Below are positions 1-12,780 of a stretch of 64,000 bases of DNA, in pieces. The notes beneath the pieces were generated by a model, which saw only the letters and a program-made list of their open reading frames with translations, did not search any database and had not been told where the DNA came from. The stretch is taken from positions 22,912,001-22,976,000 of the forward strand of contig CP086569.2 in the NCBI GenBank assembly GCA_009914755.4, read 5' to 3'. The translations under genes were made by a program, and so were the position numbers. Within the stretch, counting starts at the first letter, position 1; each line of letters opens with the position of its first letter. This DNA is from the human T2T-CHM13v2.0 reference genome, Homo sapiens.

Positions 1-178
1 TGGAGTGCAGTGCTGCGATGTCAGCTCACTGCAAGCTCCAACTCCCAGGTTCCTGCCATTCTCCTGCCTCAGCCTCCTGAGTCCAAGTACCTTTGACTAC
101 AGGCACCCGCCACCATGCCCAGCTAATTTTTTGTATTTTTAGTAGAAATGGGGTTTCACCATATTAGACAGGATGGCC
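1..178 (-). mobile_element. Alu SINE fragment truncated by window start, minus orientation
   Basis: Reverse complement of Alu right arm: ...gcctcagcctcctgagt...ggcacccgccaccatgcccagctaattttttgtatttttagtagaaatggggtttcaccatattagacaggatggcc. Confidence 0.9.
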
Positions 179-963
179 TTTTACCTTTAGTTAAATAAGT
201 TAGAGTAGAAACAAAGGAATGCGGGGTGTTTACCTAAGTAGCTTGCTTAGTCATGTGGTCCTAAGACTAATATTTGACTTAGCACAGTGCTAAATTGCTT
301 TCTAACTGGGAAGTCCACACTGTCAATTACCCTTTAGTGGTGTTAACTAGAGCCTTGGTCAATTAATCCGTACTGAATAAATGCAAGTCTCACTAGCTGG
401 CTGGGGCCACAGTCAAAACTGTTTGCAATAATTTGCCTGTAGTCTGTAAGCAGCTTGATGTTCAGCTGGACTGGCAAAGCATAATATCTGTGTGCTTTAT
501 TCATCCATTTATTCATTGTAGAAATCATGAATTAAAAAAATAACAGGATAAATGCGACAATATGTACTAGCATATTTTTTTCTTTCTTTTTTTTTAGTTT
601 TTACTAAGTAGAGCTTAGAATATGATCAGTTTTCTGTGGCACAACACATGCCTGCTTCTTTTGGCAGCAATTATAGAATAATGAGAAAACAATAATAACA
701 AAAAGTGCCAGTCTGAAGAGATCATGTATTTTATGATCATATTTCTATGACATTATAGAAATGTCTACAGAGAAGGTAAGCAGACCTGTGATGTACAGTG
801 GTTTGTAGGGGAAAGAGAGTGAGTTGAATAGGGGAATAGGATGTTGGAAAGGGGGTACAAATGGGCCAGTTAGACTTAGACTGCCTCTGGTTCGTGAGGT
901 CATGCTTGGTGTGTGGAAGAGCCAGGAGTGTGTAGTACAAGCATGATAAGAAGGTTTCTACTC

Positions 964-1290
964 AGCCAGATGTGGTGGCTCACCACATCTGCAGTCCCAC
1001 CACTTTGGGAGGCTGAGTTGGGTGGATCACTAGGTCACGAGGTTGAGACCATCATGGCTAACACGGTGACACCCTACCTCTACTAAAAATACAAAAATTA
1101 GCCAGGCATGGTGGTGGGCACCTTTAGTCCCAGCTACTCAGGAGGCTGATGAAGGAGAATGGCATGAATATGGGAGTTGGAGCTTGCAGTGAGCAGAGAC
1201 CACACCACTGCACACCAACCTAGGCCACAAAGGAAGACTCTGTTTCAAAACAAAAACAAACACAAAACAACAACAGCAACAAAAAACAAA
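964..1290 (+). mobile_element. Alu SINE (AluS-like) with A-rich tail
   Basis: ccagatgtggtggctcacc...ctttgggaggctgag...ctactaaaaatacaaaaattagccaggcatggtggtgggcacc...cagctactcaggaggctga...ctgcacaccaacctaggccacaaaggaagactctgtttcaaaacaaaaacaaa; matches the dimeric Alu consensus end to end. Confidence 0.9.
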
Positions 1291-1439
1291 GGCTTCTACT
1301 CACTCTAGGAGAGAGAAGGGTCCTCTTCTTTCCACATGGAACTATCTCAGGACTAGTTCTCAGGAAGCCTTTTTGGTATGTGGTAAAAGAAACGTAACAT
1401 AAATTTACCAATCTAAACATTTGTAGGTGTACAGGTAAG

Positions 1440-1666
1440 TGGCATTATGTATGTTCATGTTACTGTGCAACCATCACCACCATTTCACATTCTCACCAGC
1501 AATGCACAAGGGTTCCATTTTCTCCACATACTCCCCAACTCTCCCTTTTTCAAAAAAAAAAAAAAAGACATTCTAGTGGGTTTAAGGTGATAATCTCATT
1601 GTGATTTAGATATCCATTTACCTAATGGCTAATGATGTCGAACATATCTTTCTGCGCTTATTGGCA
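1440..1666 (-). mobile_element. Ancient L1 (L1M-like) ORF2-region fragment, antisense
   Basis: ...caccagcaatgcacaagggttccattttctccacatactc...ggtgataatctcattgtgatttagatatccatttacctaatggctaatgatgtcgaacatatctttctgcgcttattggc matches the antisense of the L1 ORF2 3' portion (cf. ccaccaacagtgtataagggttcccttttctccacatcctc...ctcattgtggttttgatttgcatttccctgatgattagtgatgttgagcat); diverged. Confidence 0.5.
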
Positions 1667-1679
1667 CTGAACTTGTTAA

Positions 1680-2640
1680 TGGTTTCCTGGGTATGACAGA
1701 GAATGCACAGAAAACAAAAGAAAAAATAGATAAATTGAACTTCATTAAAACTAAAATCTTTCATGCTTCAAAGGGCACTATCAGGATGGTCAATAGAAAA
1801 CCAACAGCATAGGACAAAATATTTTCAAGTCATATATAAGGGTAAGGGCCTAGTATCCAGGATATAGGAGAAATTCTTACAACTCAAGAACAAAAAGACA
1901 ATCAACCCAATTAAAAAAATGATAGAGAAATTGAAAATACTTTTCTCCAAAGATACACACACACACAAAAACACATAAAAATTAGCTCAACATCACTTAT
2001 TTCAGGGAAATGCAGATCAAAACCACAAGAAGACACCACTTTTCACCCATTGTAATTATTATTATTTAAAAACCATGAACGAACAAGGGTTGACGTGGAA
2101 GTGGAGAAAAACAAAAGTAAAATAGTTCATCTGCTGTGGAAAATAGTTTGGTGTTTCTGCAAAAAGCTAAACATGGAACCATCATAGAAACCAGCAAATC
2201 CCCCCCACCTCAGGTATATACACAAAAAATATAAAGCAGGTATTCAAACAAAACTGTGTGTGCACATATACTCATGGAAGAATTATTCACAATAACTAAA
2301 ATGTGGAAACAAACCAAATGTCCACAAACAAATAATAGGAAAACAAAATGTAGTATACCTATACAATGGCATAATATCTAGCCATAAAAAGATTGAGACA
2401 CTCATACTACAATGTGAAGATACTGCAAAACCATTGTGTTTAAAGAAGCTAAGCACAAAAGTCACATAGTGTATGATTTTATGTATATAAATGTCCAGAA
2501 TAAGTAATTTCATAGAGAAAGAAAGCAGATTTGCTAATTGTCAGGGGTCAGAAAGAGGACAGATTGGGTAGTAGTTCCTTAATAGGTAGGGGATTTACTT
2601 CAGTAAAAAATATCCTATCCCCAGTATTCCAACAGCAGGC
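1680..2640 (+). mobile_element. Ancient L1 (L1M-like) 3' end (ORF2 C-terminal region plus 3'UTR), sense
   Basis: ggtatgacagagaatgcacagaaaacaaaagaaaaaatagataaattgaac..., ttctccaaagata...gctcaacatcacttatttcagggaaatgcagatcaaaaccacaagaagacaccacttttcaccc, caaaccaaatgtccacaaacaaataa...tacaatggcataatatctagccataaaaag, ...tgtcaggggtcag; order and motifs match the L1 3' end. Confidence 0.65.
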
Positions 2641-4394
2641 TGAGCTCTCATTCCATGGTGTCCCCTTAACCTGGGGTTCAAGTCCCCCCACAGTCCGGAA
2701 GTGCCTGGGGCCTGAGCAGGCACATTCTGGACACATACTCCAGCCATTGTGTCCACCAGCTCCTAGACCTGTTACCGGTGAAAAGTATCTGAGTTACTGG
2801 CAGCAAATCCGTCCGGGTCTTTAGCAATATCAATTCTTGCCTCCTCAGGTGAAAGAATTCAACTGGTGGGCATAAAGAAGGAAGAAGGAAGAAAATGCCA
2901 TGGCAAGTTTCACAGCAGGAGTGGACGTTTATTAAAAAGCTTTAGAGCAGGAAAGAATGAAAATTGCACTCGAAAGAGATCCAAATGGGTGACTTGAAGA
3001 AGTGTGGCCATTAACCTTCCTTCTGGGACATTTTAGGCTGGCCTACCGCCAGCATCTGGTGCACCCTTTCCCATGATTCTTCCCCTAGCATGGGCTGCCC
3101 ACAGGCACAGTGCCCTCCTTACCCTTGGGAAGTAAGTATAGACAGTGTGTTTAAGCAGTTATATGTATGCCCATCTGAGGCTTCCTCCCTTTTATTGGTG
3201 GGGTGACCCCAGAAAGTCATACTCCACCATTTTGTCTCTTAATGTGCACTCCTGGGTTCAGTCATCCAATGTCTGAGATTTTATGGGACGCCCTTTTTCC
3301 TCCTCTCTGGCATGTGAGTTTAATTAACACTTTAATGTTACCAGCTGTGTATCAGGCTATCCCTGGCCCCAGCCGCTAAATTATTATTTTTAGAGAAGCA
3401 ATATGATAACTGTCCAACCATCACCCGATGGCCTGACATTCCTGGTATGCGGATGTGGAGAACCCGCTCTTGCCCCACTCATGACTGTTTAACCAACTGT
3501 AACAAACCCACGGGCCAATTTCACTTCCAGGTCAGTTTTTCTCTGCTGCCTTTCCGGACACCCAGTGATCAGTGATGCCTCCTCAGGGTTTACAAGGTCT
3601 TCAGTATCATGCTCTATTTTGATCCAGACCTCAGCACATAATATCCATGGGTTGTTCCATTTCAATAAAGGGAAATTAACATTTTCTGATCACAAGTGCA
3701 TGCAGGTGTCTTACTCAGGTGAACTCACAGCAACTCTGCAAAGTATGGGTAGTCCCACATGTAGAGAAAAATGCCAGGATCCAGTGACTGAGTGACTCAC
3801 TTTCAATCACACAGCTTCCAAGTAACTTCATACTCACATTCCAGCCCATGGCCTGGTCTCCAGTTGTCATTTAGAAAAGGTTTGCGAGTACTTGAACATA
3901 TGCCCAGGCCACACCCAGACTTATTTGTAACAACAAAGATGAGCTCCAGGGACAATGGTTGACAAGACCCACCCAGTCATCTTTCTTCCATTCAGAGCCA
4001 TTGTAGTACTCGATACTCATCAGAAACAGTCTCTTATCCCAAAGCCCTCTCATACATAGGGTGTATCAATGGGAATGGGTCACACATGGGGCACAAAGGG
4101 CAAATTTAGTGAGGGAATCAGAGCCAGCACATAAAGAAGGAGCTGGTGATTCCAAGTGTAAAGAAAGGCGGTATGCTAAGAAGTTATTGCCCTGGAGGGT
4201 GAAGGATACAAGAGGTTTGTATGACTAAATCAGAGGGAGCAAGAGAGAAAGCAGGCAATGGACCAAACACTTAGCACAAGGGACAGTGATTCCTTAACAA
4301 GGTCGATGCAGACCTACCATGACATGATGTGGCCACTGCACTCCTAGGAATGAACCATGAGAAATGAAGGCAAGCTCACAGGCTACATACATAA

Positions 4395-4830
4395 ATAAAT
4401 ATTCATGACATCCTTACACATAATGGTCCCAAACCAGGAGCCCAAATGCCCATACACAGAAGAAGGGTGAACAAGCTGTGGCACATCTATACAATGGCAT
4501 GTGGCTCAGCATGAAAAGGAATGGACTGTTGATGCACTCAGAACAGAGTGACTCTGAAAGTAGTTCTGCTGAATAAAAGAAGCCAGATCAGAACGATGCA
4601 CAAAGACCCAAGTACATACTGTATTTACCTGTAATTCTATAAAATACCCACAAGTTTTTAGTGAAAGAAGCAGATCTGTGGTCCTAGGGTGGCCAGGGAG
4701 TGATCGTTATTGATGGGAGGAAGATGTGTTTTCATGACCTTCATCACACTTCTGGCCTTGCGGTGAATGAAATACTCACATGGAGAAACCATCAGTTCTT
4801 CCATCTACACAGGTGCAGTTTACCATATGC
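4395..4830 (+). mobile_element. Ancient L1 (L1M-like) 3'-end fragment
   Basis: catctatacaatggcatgtggctcagcatgaaaaggaatggactgttgatgcactcagaacagagtgactctgaaagtagttctgctgaataaaagaagccagatcag...catactgtatttacctgtaattctataaaatacc...gtggtcctagggtggccagggagtg parallels the L1M terminus (atacaatggaatactactcagccataaaaaggaatgaa...atgctaagtgaaagaagccagacacaaaag...atactgtatgattccatttatatgaa...gtggttgccaggggctgggg). Confidence 0.5.
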
Positions 4831-6090
4831 CAATCACATGCCAACAAAGCTGTTTCTAAATAAGCAATCATGATCCAGAGCAAGGAATAAGGTTGGGCAG
4901 GAGACCTGATGAGGCAGATTGTTTTCTTTTCCTAATCTATAAGGCTGCACACTGAAATTAAGTTGGCCCTGAGCTCAGACACTGAACAGGCCTTTGGGAA
5001 AGGCTCACACAGTCCTTCCTCCTGAACAGAAGAGTGACCACCTAACACAATACCCAGCTGCCCCTCAGGAACTTTATATGTCAATGTGACCTTCCCATCC
5101 TTGTGTCTGTTTTCTGCAATTTCCTCTTTCAGGCAGAAGCCAATGTGGCCTCTGATGTAGAGGAAATAATGTTAAAGTTCTAATATGGACATTCTGGTTC
5201 CATCATAGTAGAGAAACGGGTTGCATCTTCTCTCTTCACGACAAAGAGAAGGGAAAAGCCATGAGAACAATGTCCACAGTTGTGTGATCAGGTTGCAAGT
5301 GGAGGAAGAACATCGCCATGCCAAGGAAGCAGCAGGGCAACTGAAGGTGAAGGTTTCTGCAGAGGAAAGAAGGAAGCTTAGGGATTCCCAGAGGAAATCA
5401 TCCTTCCCATTTGTAGGCCCCTGGTTTGAAGGCCAGTTCCTCTTGTCCCAATGTGAAATGAGCGTGTGACAATCCCCATTTCAGCCTTAATGCTAATTAC
5501 AGAGGCAAACGTGAGAGACCAACAGTTTTTAAAAAATGCAAACAAACAAAAAAAACAAACAAAGGCAAATATGATCAACAGACAACTCACCTCCAGAGAA
5601 ATGAGTCTTTAAGATCCTTCTTCCTTCTGGCCTCAAGACCTCTGTTCAAGGAAAGTTCAGAACACATGCTCCCCGTAGTCTCAGAGAAGTATAAAATATT
5701 GCATCCCTGAAAAATAACAAAATTTAGGAAGATAATAGGAAAATTCAGAGATTAGGAACAACAGCTTGAAATTCTCTTAAAATGTGTAACTCTCAAAAAT
5801 TGGAAGACAGAATCTAAAAAATATTTCAAAACCACATACAATTAACAAAATAAACCTAAGAAAAGTGGTTAGCTCTCTGGGAGATTTGTCCCATAGTTGC
5901 AGTAGCGAAATAGCATTTGACATGTAAAAACCCAGGGAGGCAGTTATAAAAGCTCTGGGAATGACAGCTCCACCCCAGGCCTAGAGAGATGTTGGTGGGA
6001 TAGGAACAGGAAAACGGAAGGTGTCCACCAGTGATTTTTCAGGTGGGAGGTTAGAAATGAGGGAAGATGATAAGGATGTGATAAAAGGAG

Positions 6091-6175
6091 ATTTAATTTG
6101 AATTTTAATTTAGTTCCAACTTAATTTAATTTAATTTTAAATTTAATTTAATTTTAATTTAATTTAATTTTAAAT
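6091..6175. repeat. AT-rich minisatellite (TTTAATTTAA-like) about 85 bp
   Basis: atttaatttgaattttaatttagttccaacttaatttaatttaattttaaatttaatttaattttaatttaatttaattttaaatag read directly. Confidence 0.85.
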
Positions 6176-9100
6176 AGAAAGAAAGAAGAAAAGGCAATTA
6201 GAAACTCCAAGAAAAGAGAAAGCTAAAGAAAAAATATGTATATACCTATAGAATACCAAGAAATGTAGGTGAATTCAAAGTGCCAATATACTTCCTACAA
6301 GAAGAAAGTCACAAGATTCTATTGCATTGGATTGAAAAAATATATACATAAATATACATATACTCTACAGTTACTTTCAACATCAATGATAACTAAGAAA
6401 GAAACTAAAATCATGATATTTCTATCATTGGGTGAGGGTGGAGGAAAGGTCAGAGGTCTAAGAAACTCAGCCTTCCTCTGTTGTACCAGGTGTTAACAGG
6501 TAATTCAGGGGACTAGGGTTAGGTGCACATGGTGGCAGTTCCTTCTGAGTTACCCTTGCCTCATCTCTGTATTTTTCAGTCATGTGCATATATTTTTATT
6601 TTCAAAATAAAATATATGGGAAGTAATTTGTGGTGTCAGAGACTCTAGGAAGATTCTCTGTTCCAGGGTACGGGTTCCACATCTAATTAAACACCACAGA
6701 TTCCAGCAGAAAATCCTAGCTCTACCCACACTTCCACTCCCTCAAACAAGACTCAAGTAATCACCACATCCAGCTCAAAAACTCAAGATCTGTCCAAAGC
6801 AGATCCACGTGTAGCCATCAGCAAGGGTATCAATAGACACAGCCACAGAGGTGTCTGCAGTGCATCATGAAGTCCAGCCGCTAGCAGTAGACCAACTGCA
6901 CAGTCTGGAAGGAAATTTTCTTGGAGGATGCCAATGCTAGAGGAACCAGCCATGATGCAGGTGCAGCCATAGAGGGGTCCATCATGTTACTGCAAGCAGC
7001 CAGAGGGCAGAGGTAATGAGCAGGAAAGATGAGGGGGAGGGTGGCGACATCATGGTTGGGCCCCTACTGGTACATGTTGCCACCCTGCAGTGGCCTGTGG
7101 GAAACAGAGAACACCGTATTTTGGTGGGCAGAGGCTCTCTCAGGCCAGAGCAGTAGGACCTGGAAAGAAACTGAAGCCAAGCTCAGGAATGTGGGTTCCT
7201 GTTTCAATTTGGCTACTGGTGGCTGTGGACCCCAGGATATAACAAATTACATGCCTTTACCGTTTTCCCTGTGGCTGCAAAGACTTGGGTCAGGCTCTGA
7301 ATTACCTGGCCCCCTTGAGGCGCTTAATAAAGCTTATTACTGGAAACTGATAATATATTAGCACTTTATTTACAATGACCTTCAATGAAGTGTTGTTCTC
7401 CAGTATTGAAAATAGGAAAACAATTATCAAGAGCTTAATAGTTATGGGATTAAATGATGGTTGATCCTCAAGAACTATTAGGCAGCACTTGATAATAAAG
7501 CATTGGTATTTCATGAATGCTCACTGTGTCTCAATTGTACTCTTAGGCTTTTGACAACCAGCCTGACTTAAGCTTTGCAAAAATCCCCATGGCAGATCCT
7601 GGCACCATCTCTATTTTACAGGTGAAAGGTCACATGAACCTGCTTAGGGACACATACCTGGGCAGGGCAGGATCTAAATGGAAGCAGGCCCAAGAGGTGT
7701 CAAGAAAGATGCTAATATCCTAATGGTATGTGGAAAGGAGGAGCAAATGTGCACATGGTGTGAAGGCCAGACAAGATTTAGGACAGCCCTAAATGTAGAA
7801 CAGATCCACAGCAGGCCAGCCTCCAGTTTTCTTATTCTTAAATGATCCTCCTCATCAAGTAAAGATCACAGAGTGCAGGGAGGCTGCTCAAAAAAGTACT
7901 GATATGTAGCAGAAACATGAGAAAAGCAAAAGAAACAAAATACTAAAAATAAACACACCACAATGACAGCTGAGTTTGTCTTTAGGTGGCCGGCCTACAA
8001 GTGTCTTTTTCTAAGTCTGTTTTCACCATTCTCCAAAATAGACATAAATTTAGGTAATGTGTCCAGCTGCAGGAACAAGTGTTGGGTCAGAGGAAACTGC
8101 TTCCCAAACCTGGCCCCTGACCCAGGCTCCTTGCTGGCAGCTTCCCCTTCCCTGTGGTCTGTCCTGATCCCAGTGACAGGGCACTATCATCCCTACACAT
8201 ATTCCATGTCCTAGTCCCCACTAAAATGTAGAGGGGTACTGAACAGGTGAGATGTTCTCATGGCCCATATGATGACAGTACCTGGCAGTCAGTGCCATTC
8301 AAATTGTCTTGTCTCCAGGAAAGTAGAAAGCCAAGCCCAGTGGCTCCCATTGTCCTTGAGTGGTCTCTTGGGATTGTTGAGGCCCATTTTATTCATGTCT
8401 CTCTAAAAGAGATAAGATGGGAGAAGAGGTTTTGTGGGACTCTGAGGTACATCCTTCTTCCCAGCAGGTAAAGCAAGCCTGCTGGCTGGAAAATGCTGTT
8501 ACCACAGGGGCACCCCAATATTCTTTGTTCATCTCTGGCCCTATCTTTGGTCTAAACCAACAACCCATAATTACTAACTGTGGGAAACAAAGTTTCTGGG
8601 GTGCCAATTAAGTTGGTCTCCCCTGTATGAGACACCCATGGGGAGCCATGGGCAGCCTCTGAGAAGAAAAATCTCCTTATTACCTTCATGTATTTATGCC
8701 CCCAGAGCATAACCACTCAGCGGCATTCCACTGGTTGCTCAGGAAGATAACGTTCCCTTGAAGCAGTGGAATATAATAAAACATCTTGGCTCCTCCTGAA
8801 ACCCACTCCCACCCATTTCAGTCATGATAAGTTGAAGATCTTAAGTAGTTTAGACACATGCCTTTGCTCAAGGAAATTCACAGAAACCACCAGTGCTATA
8901 CATCTTATTGAATGGCTGATGAGTTCTCCTTCACTGCTTAATCCTTTTCCTTATTCCTTCCTCCCCCTCCCATCTCCTTAAGGACAAAGAATTTGTAAAC
9001 CAATAAATTGGGTGGAGCCTGAGAGCTCCAGGCCATGAGCAAGTCTCCAATGCTCTGGTGCCCTGGACCTACCTTTTAAGTGCTTATTCTGTCTCTTTCT

Positions 9101-9399
9101 AACACCTTTGTCTCCTCCAGATTCGGGGTACCCACTGGGTCTTATGTGGCTGGTTTCCCCAACACTAACCTGGGACATTCCAAATCTTGGTGCTTGTGTT
9201 GTCTCTCAAATCAACTCACCAAGCCCTCCTCAGAAAACGCAATGCCCTTTTCTGCAGCCAAAGACCTCATTATGCCACACAGTGACCTTGAAATGCAGAG
9301 GGGCAGCCACAACCCCACTTGGGCCTGTTCTGAACCTGAGATCTCTGGTTTCAGTGATCTCACAGCCAGTTGATTGAAAGGGACAGGGAAGTGTGTGGA

Positions 9400-9476
9400 G
9401 GAAGCACTCTCCACACCACTGCACTGCAGCCTGGACAACAGAATGAGACCCCATCTCAAAAAAAAAAAAAAAAAAA
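9400..9476 (+). mobile_element. Alu 3'-terminal fragment with about 23 nt poly-A
   Basis: ccacaccactgcactgcagcctggacaacagaatgagaccccatctcaaaaaaaaaaaaaaaaaaaaa; the L1PA element starts about 30 bp downstream. Confidence 0.75.
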
Positions 9477-10561
9477 AACCTTTAAAAATGCATCCTATTT
9501 TTTTCTGAGGGTGTTCCAAGATGGCCAAATAGGAACAGCTCCAGTCTGCAGCTCCCAGCATGATCAATGCAGAAGATCAGTGATTTCTGCATTTCCCACT
9601 GAGGTATCTGGTTCATCTCATTGGGAATGGCAGGGCAGTGGGTGCAGCCCACAGTGAATGAGCTGAAGCAGGGCAGGGCATCACCCCTCCTGTGAAGTGC
9701 AAGCAGTCGGGGAATTTCCCTTTCCTAGCCAAGGGAAGCTGTGACAGACTACCTGGAAAAACGGAGCACTCCTGCCCAAATACTGCACTTTACCCAAGGT
9801 CTTAGCATCCAGCAGACAAAGTAATTCTCTCCCATGCCTAGCTTGGTGGGTCCCATGCCTGGCTTGGTGGGTCCCATGCCCACAGAGCCTTGCTCACTGC
9901 TAGCGCAGCAGTCTGAGATCAAGCTCTGATGTGGCAGCCTGGCTGGTAGAAAGGCGTTCACAATTGCTAAGTCTTGAGCAGGTAAACAAAGCACCCAGGA
10001 AGCTAAAACTGGGTGGAGCCCACCACAGCTCAACAAGGCCTACTGCCTGTAGACTACACCTCTGTGGGCAGGGCACAGTTGAACTAAAGGCAGCAGACAA
10101 CTTTGGCAGACTTAAATGTCCCTGTCTGACAGCTCTGAAGAGAGCAGTGGTTCTCCTAGCATGCCATTTGAAGTCTGAGAATGGACAGGCTGCCTCCTCT
10201 CATCTGTCCCTGACCCCTGTGTAACCTATCTGGGAGACAGCTCCCAGTAGGGGCTGACAGACACCTCATATAGGCAGCTGCCCCTCTGGGATGAAGTTTC
10301 CAGAGGAAGGATCAGGCAGCAATATTTGCTGTTCTGAAATATTTGCTGTTCTGCATCCTCTGCTGGTGACACCCAGGCAAACACAATCTGCAGTGGACTA
10401 CACCAAATCCCAAAAGTCCTGCAGCTGAGGGACCTAAGTGTTAGAAGGAAAACTAACAAATAGAAAGGAAGAGCATCAACATAAGCAAAAAGTTCATCTA
10501 CACCAAAACTCCATCTGTAGGTCAACAACATCAAAGACACAAGGTAGATAAAACCACAAAG

Positions 10562-11574
10562 ATGGAGAGAAACTACAGCAGAAAAGCTGAAAGTTTTAAA
10601 AATTGAGTGCTTCTTCTGCAATGGATCACAATTCCTCACAAGCAATGCAACAAAACTGGACAGAGAATGAATCTGATGAGCTGACAGAAGTAGGCTTCAG
10701 GAGGTTGGTAATAACAAAACTATTTGAGCTAAAGTTTCATGTTCCAATCTATCACAAGGAAGCTAAAAACCTTGGAAAAAGATGAGATGAATGGCTAACT
10801 AGAATAAATAGTGTAGAGAGGATTTTAAATGACCTGACGGAGCTGAAAACTGTGGCACAAGAACTTTGTCATGCATGCACAAGCTTCAGTAGCTGATTCA
10901 ATCAAGTGGAAGAAAGGGTATCAGTGATTGAAGATCTCATTAATAAAATAAACTGAGAAGACAAGGTTAGAGAAAAAAGAGTAAAAAGAAACAAAATCTC
11001 TGAGAAATATGGGACTAAGTGAAAAGACCAAATCTAAGTTTAATTGGTGTATCTGAAAGTGATGGAAAGAATGGAACCAACTTAGAAAACACTCTTCAGG
11101 ATATTATCCAGGAGAACTTCCCCAACCTAACAAGGCAGGCCAACATTCAAATTCAGGAAATACAGAGAATGCCACAAAGATACTCCTTGAGAAAAGCAAC
11201 CACAAGACATACAATTGTCAGGTTCACCAAGGTTGACATGATGGAAAAAGTGTTAAGGTCAGACAGAGAGAAAGGTTGAGTTACCCACAAAGGGAAGCCC
11301 ATCAGACTAACATTGGATCTCTTAGCAGAAACCCTACAAGCCAGAAGAGAGTGGGGGCGAATATTCAACATTCTTAAAGAAAAGAATTTTCAGCACAGAA
11401 TTTCATATCCAGCCAAACTAAGCTTTATAAGTGAAGCAGAAATAAAATCCTTTAAAAATAAGGAAATTCTGAGAGATTCTGTCACGACCAGGCCTGCCTT
11501 ACAAGAGTTCCTGAAGGAAACACTAAACATGGAAAAAAACAACCAGTATCAGCAACTGCAAAAGCAAATTTTAA
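10562..11574 (+). pseudogene. L1 ORF1p remnant (frameshifted, non-functional)
   Basis: The ATG at 10562 and the ORF1-like frame beginning 10603 (…ENESDELTEVGFRRLVITKLFELK…) are in different frames; ORF track fragments 11019..11279 and 11313..11795 carry the ORF1 C-terminal similarity (…PIRLTLDLLAETLQARREWGRIFNILKEKNFQHRISYPAKLSFISE…). Confidence 0.8.
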
Positions 11575-11637
11575 AGACCATCGATGCTATCAAGAGACTG
11601 TATCAATTAACAGGCAAACTACACAGCCAACGTCATA

Positions 11638-12749
11638 ATGACAGGACCAAATTTACACATAACAATATTAACCTTAAGTGTAAAGAGGCTACATGCCCCA
11701 GTTCAAAGACACAGATGGGTAAATTGGATAAAGAGTCAAGATCCATCAGTGTGCTGTATTCAGGAGACCCATCTCACATGCAAAGATGCACATAAGCTCA
11801 CAATAAATGAATGGAAGAAGATATACCAAGCAAATGGAAAGCAGAAAAAAATATAAGTAGGAGTTGCAATCCTAGCCTCTGATAAAACAGACTTTTAACG
11901 AACAAAGATCAAAAGAGACAAAGAAGGCCATTACCTAATGATAAAGGGATCAATTCATGAAGAAGAGCTAAGAATTCTAAATATATATTCACCCAATACA
12001 CAACCCAGATTCAGAAAGTAAGTCCTTAGAGACCTACAAAGAGACTTAGACACCCACACAATAATAATGGGAGACTTCAACACCCCACAGTCAATGTTGT
12101 CTCATTAATCAACAGATCAATGAGACAGAAGGTTAACAAGGATATCCAGCACTTAAACTCAGCTCTGTAACAAACTGGCCTAATAGACACCTACAGAACT
12201 CTCCACCCTAAATCAAGAGCATATACATTCTTCTCAGCACCACATCACACTTATTCTAAAATTGACCACATAACCTGAAGTAAAGCACTCCTCAGCAATT
12301 GTAAAAGAACAGAAATCACAACAAAGTGTCTCTCAGACCACAGTGTAATCAAATTAGAACTCAGCATTAAGAAACTCACTCAAAACTGCACAACTACAGG
12401 GGAACTTAACAACTTGCTCCTGAATGATTGCTGGGTAAATAACAAAATGAAGGCAGATATACAGACATTCCTTGAAACCAATGAGAACAAAGACACAACA
12501 TGCCACAATCTCTGAAACACATTTAAAGCAGTGGGCAGAGGGAAATGTATAGCAGTAAATGTCACAAAAGATAGCAGGAAAGATATAAAATTGACAACCT
12601 AACATCAGAACTAAAAGAAATAGAGAGGCAAGAGCAAACAAATTCGAAAGGTAGCAGAAGGCAAGAAATAACTAAGATCAGAGCAGAGCAGAACGGAAAG
12701 AGATAGAGACACAAAAAACCCTTCAAAAAATCAATGAATCCAGGAACTG

Positions 12750-12780
<31 letters not shown>

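Noticed and set aside
2531-2824. Short ORFs in the unique flank (2531..2824 97 aa, 7029..7361 110 aa, 9211..9567 118 aa, 10226..10645 139 aa)
   Set aside because: No start or splice context, low complexity or overlap with Alu/L1 (9211..9567 spans Alu poly-A; 10226..10645 is antisense to the L1 5'UTR). They are indistinguishable from random ORFs at this GC content.
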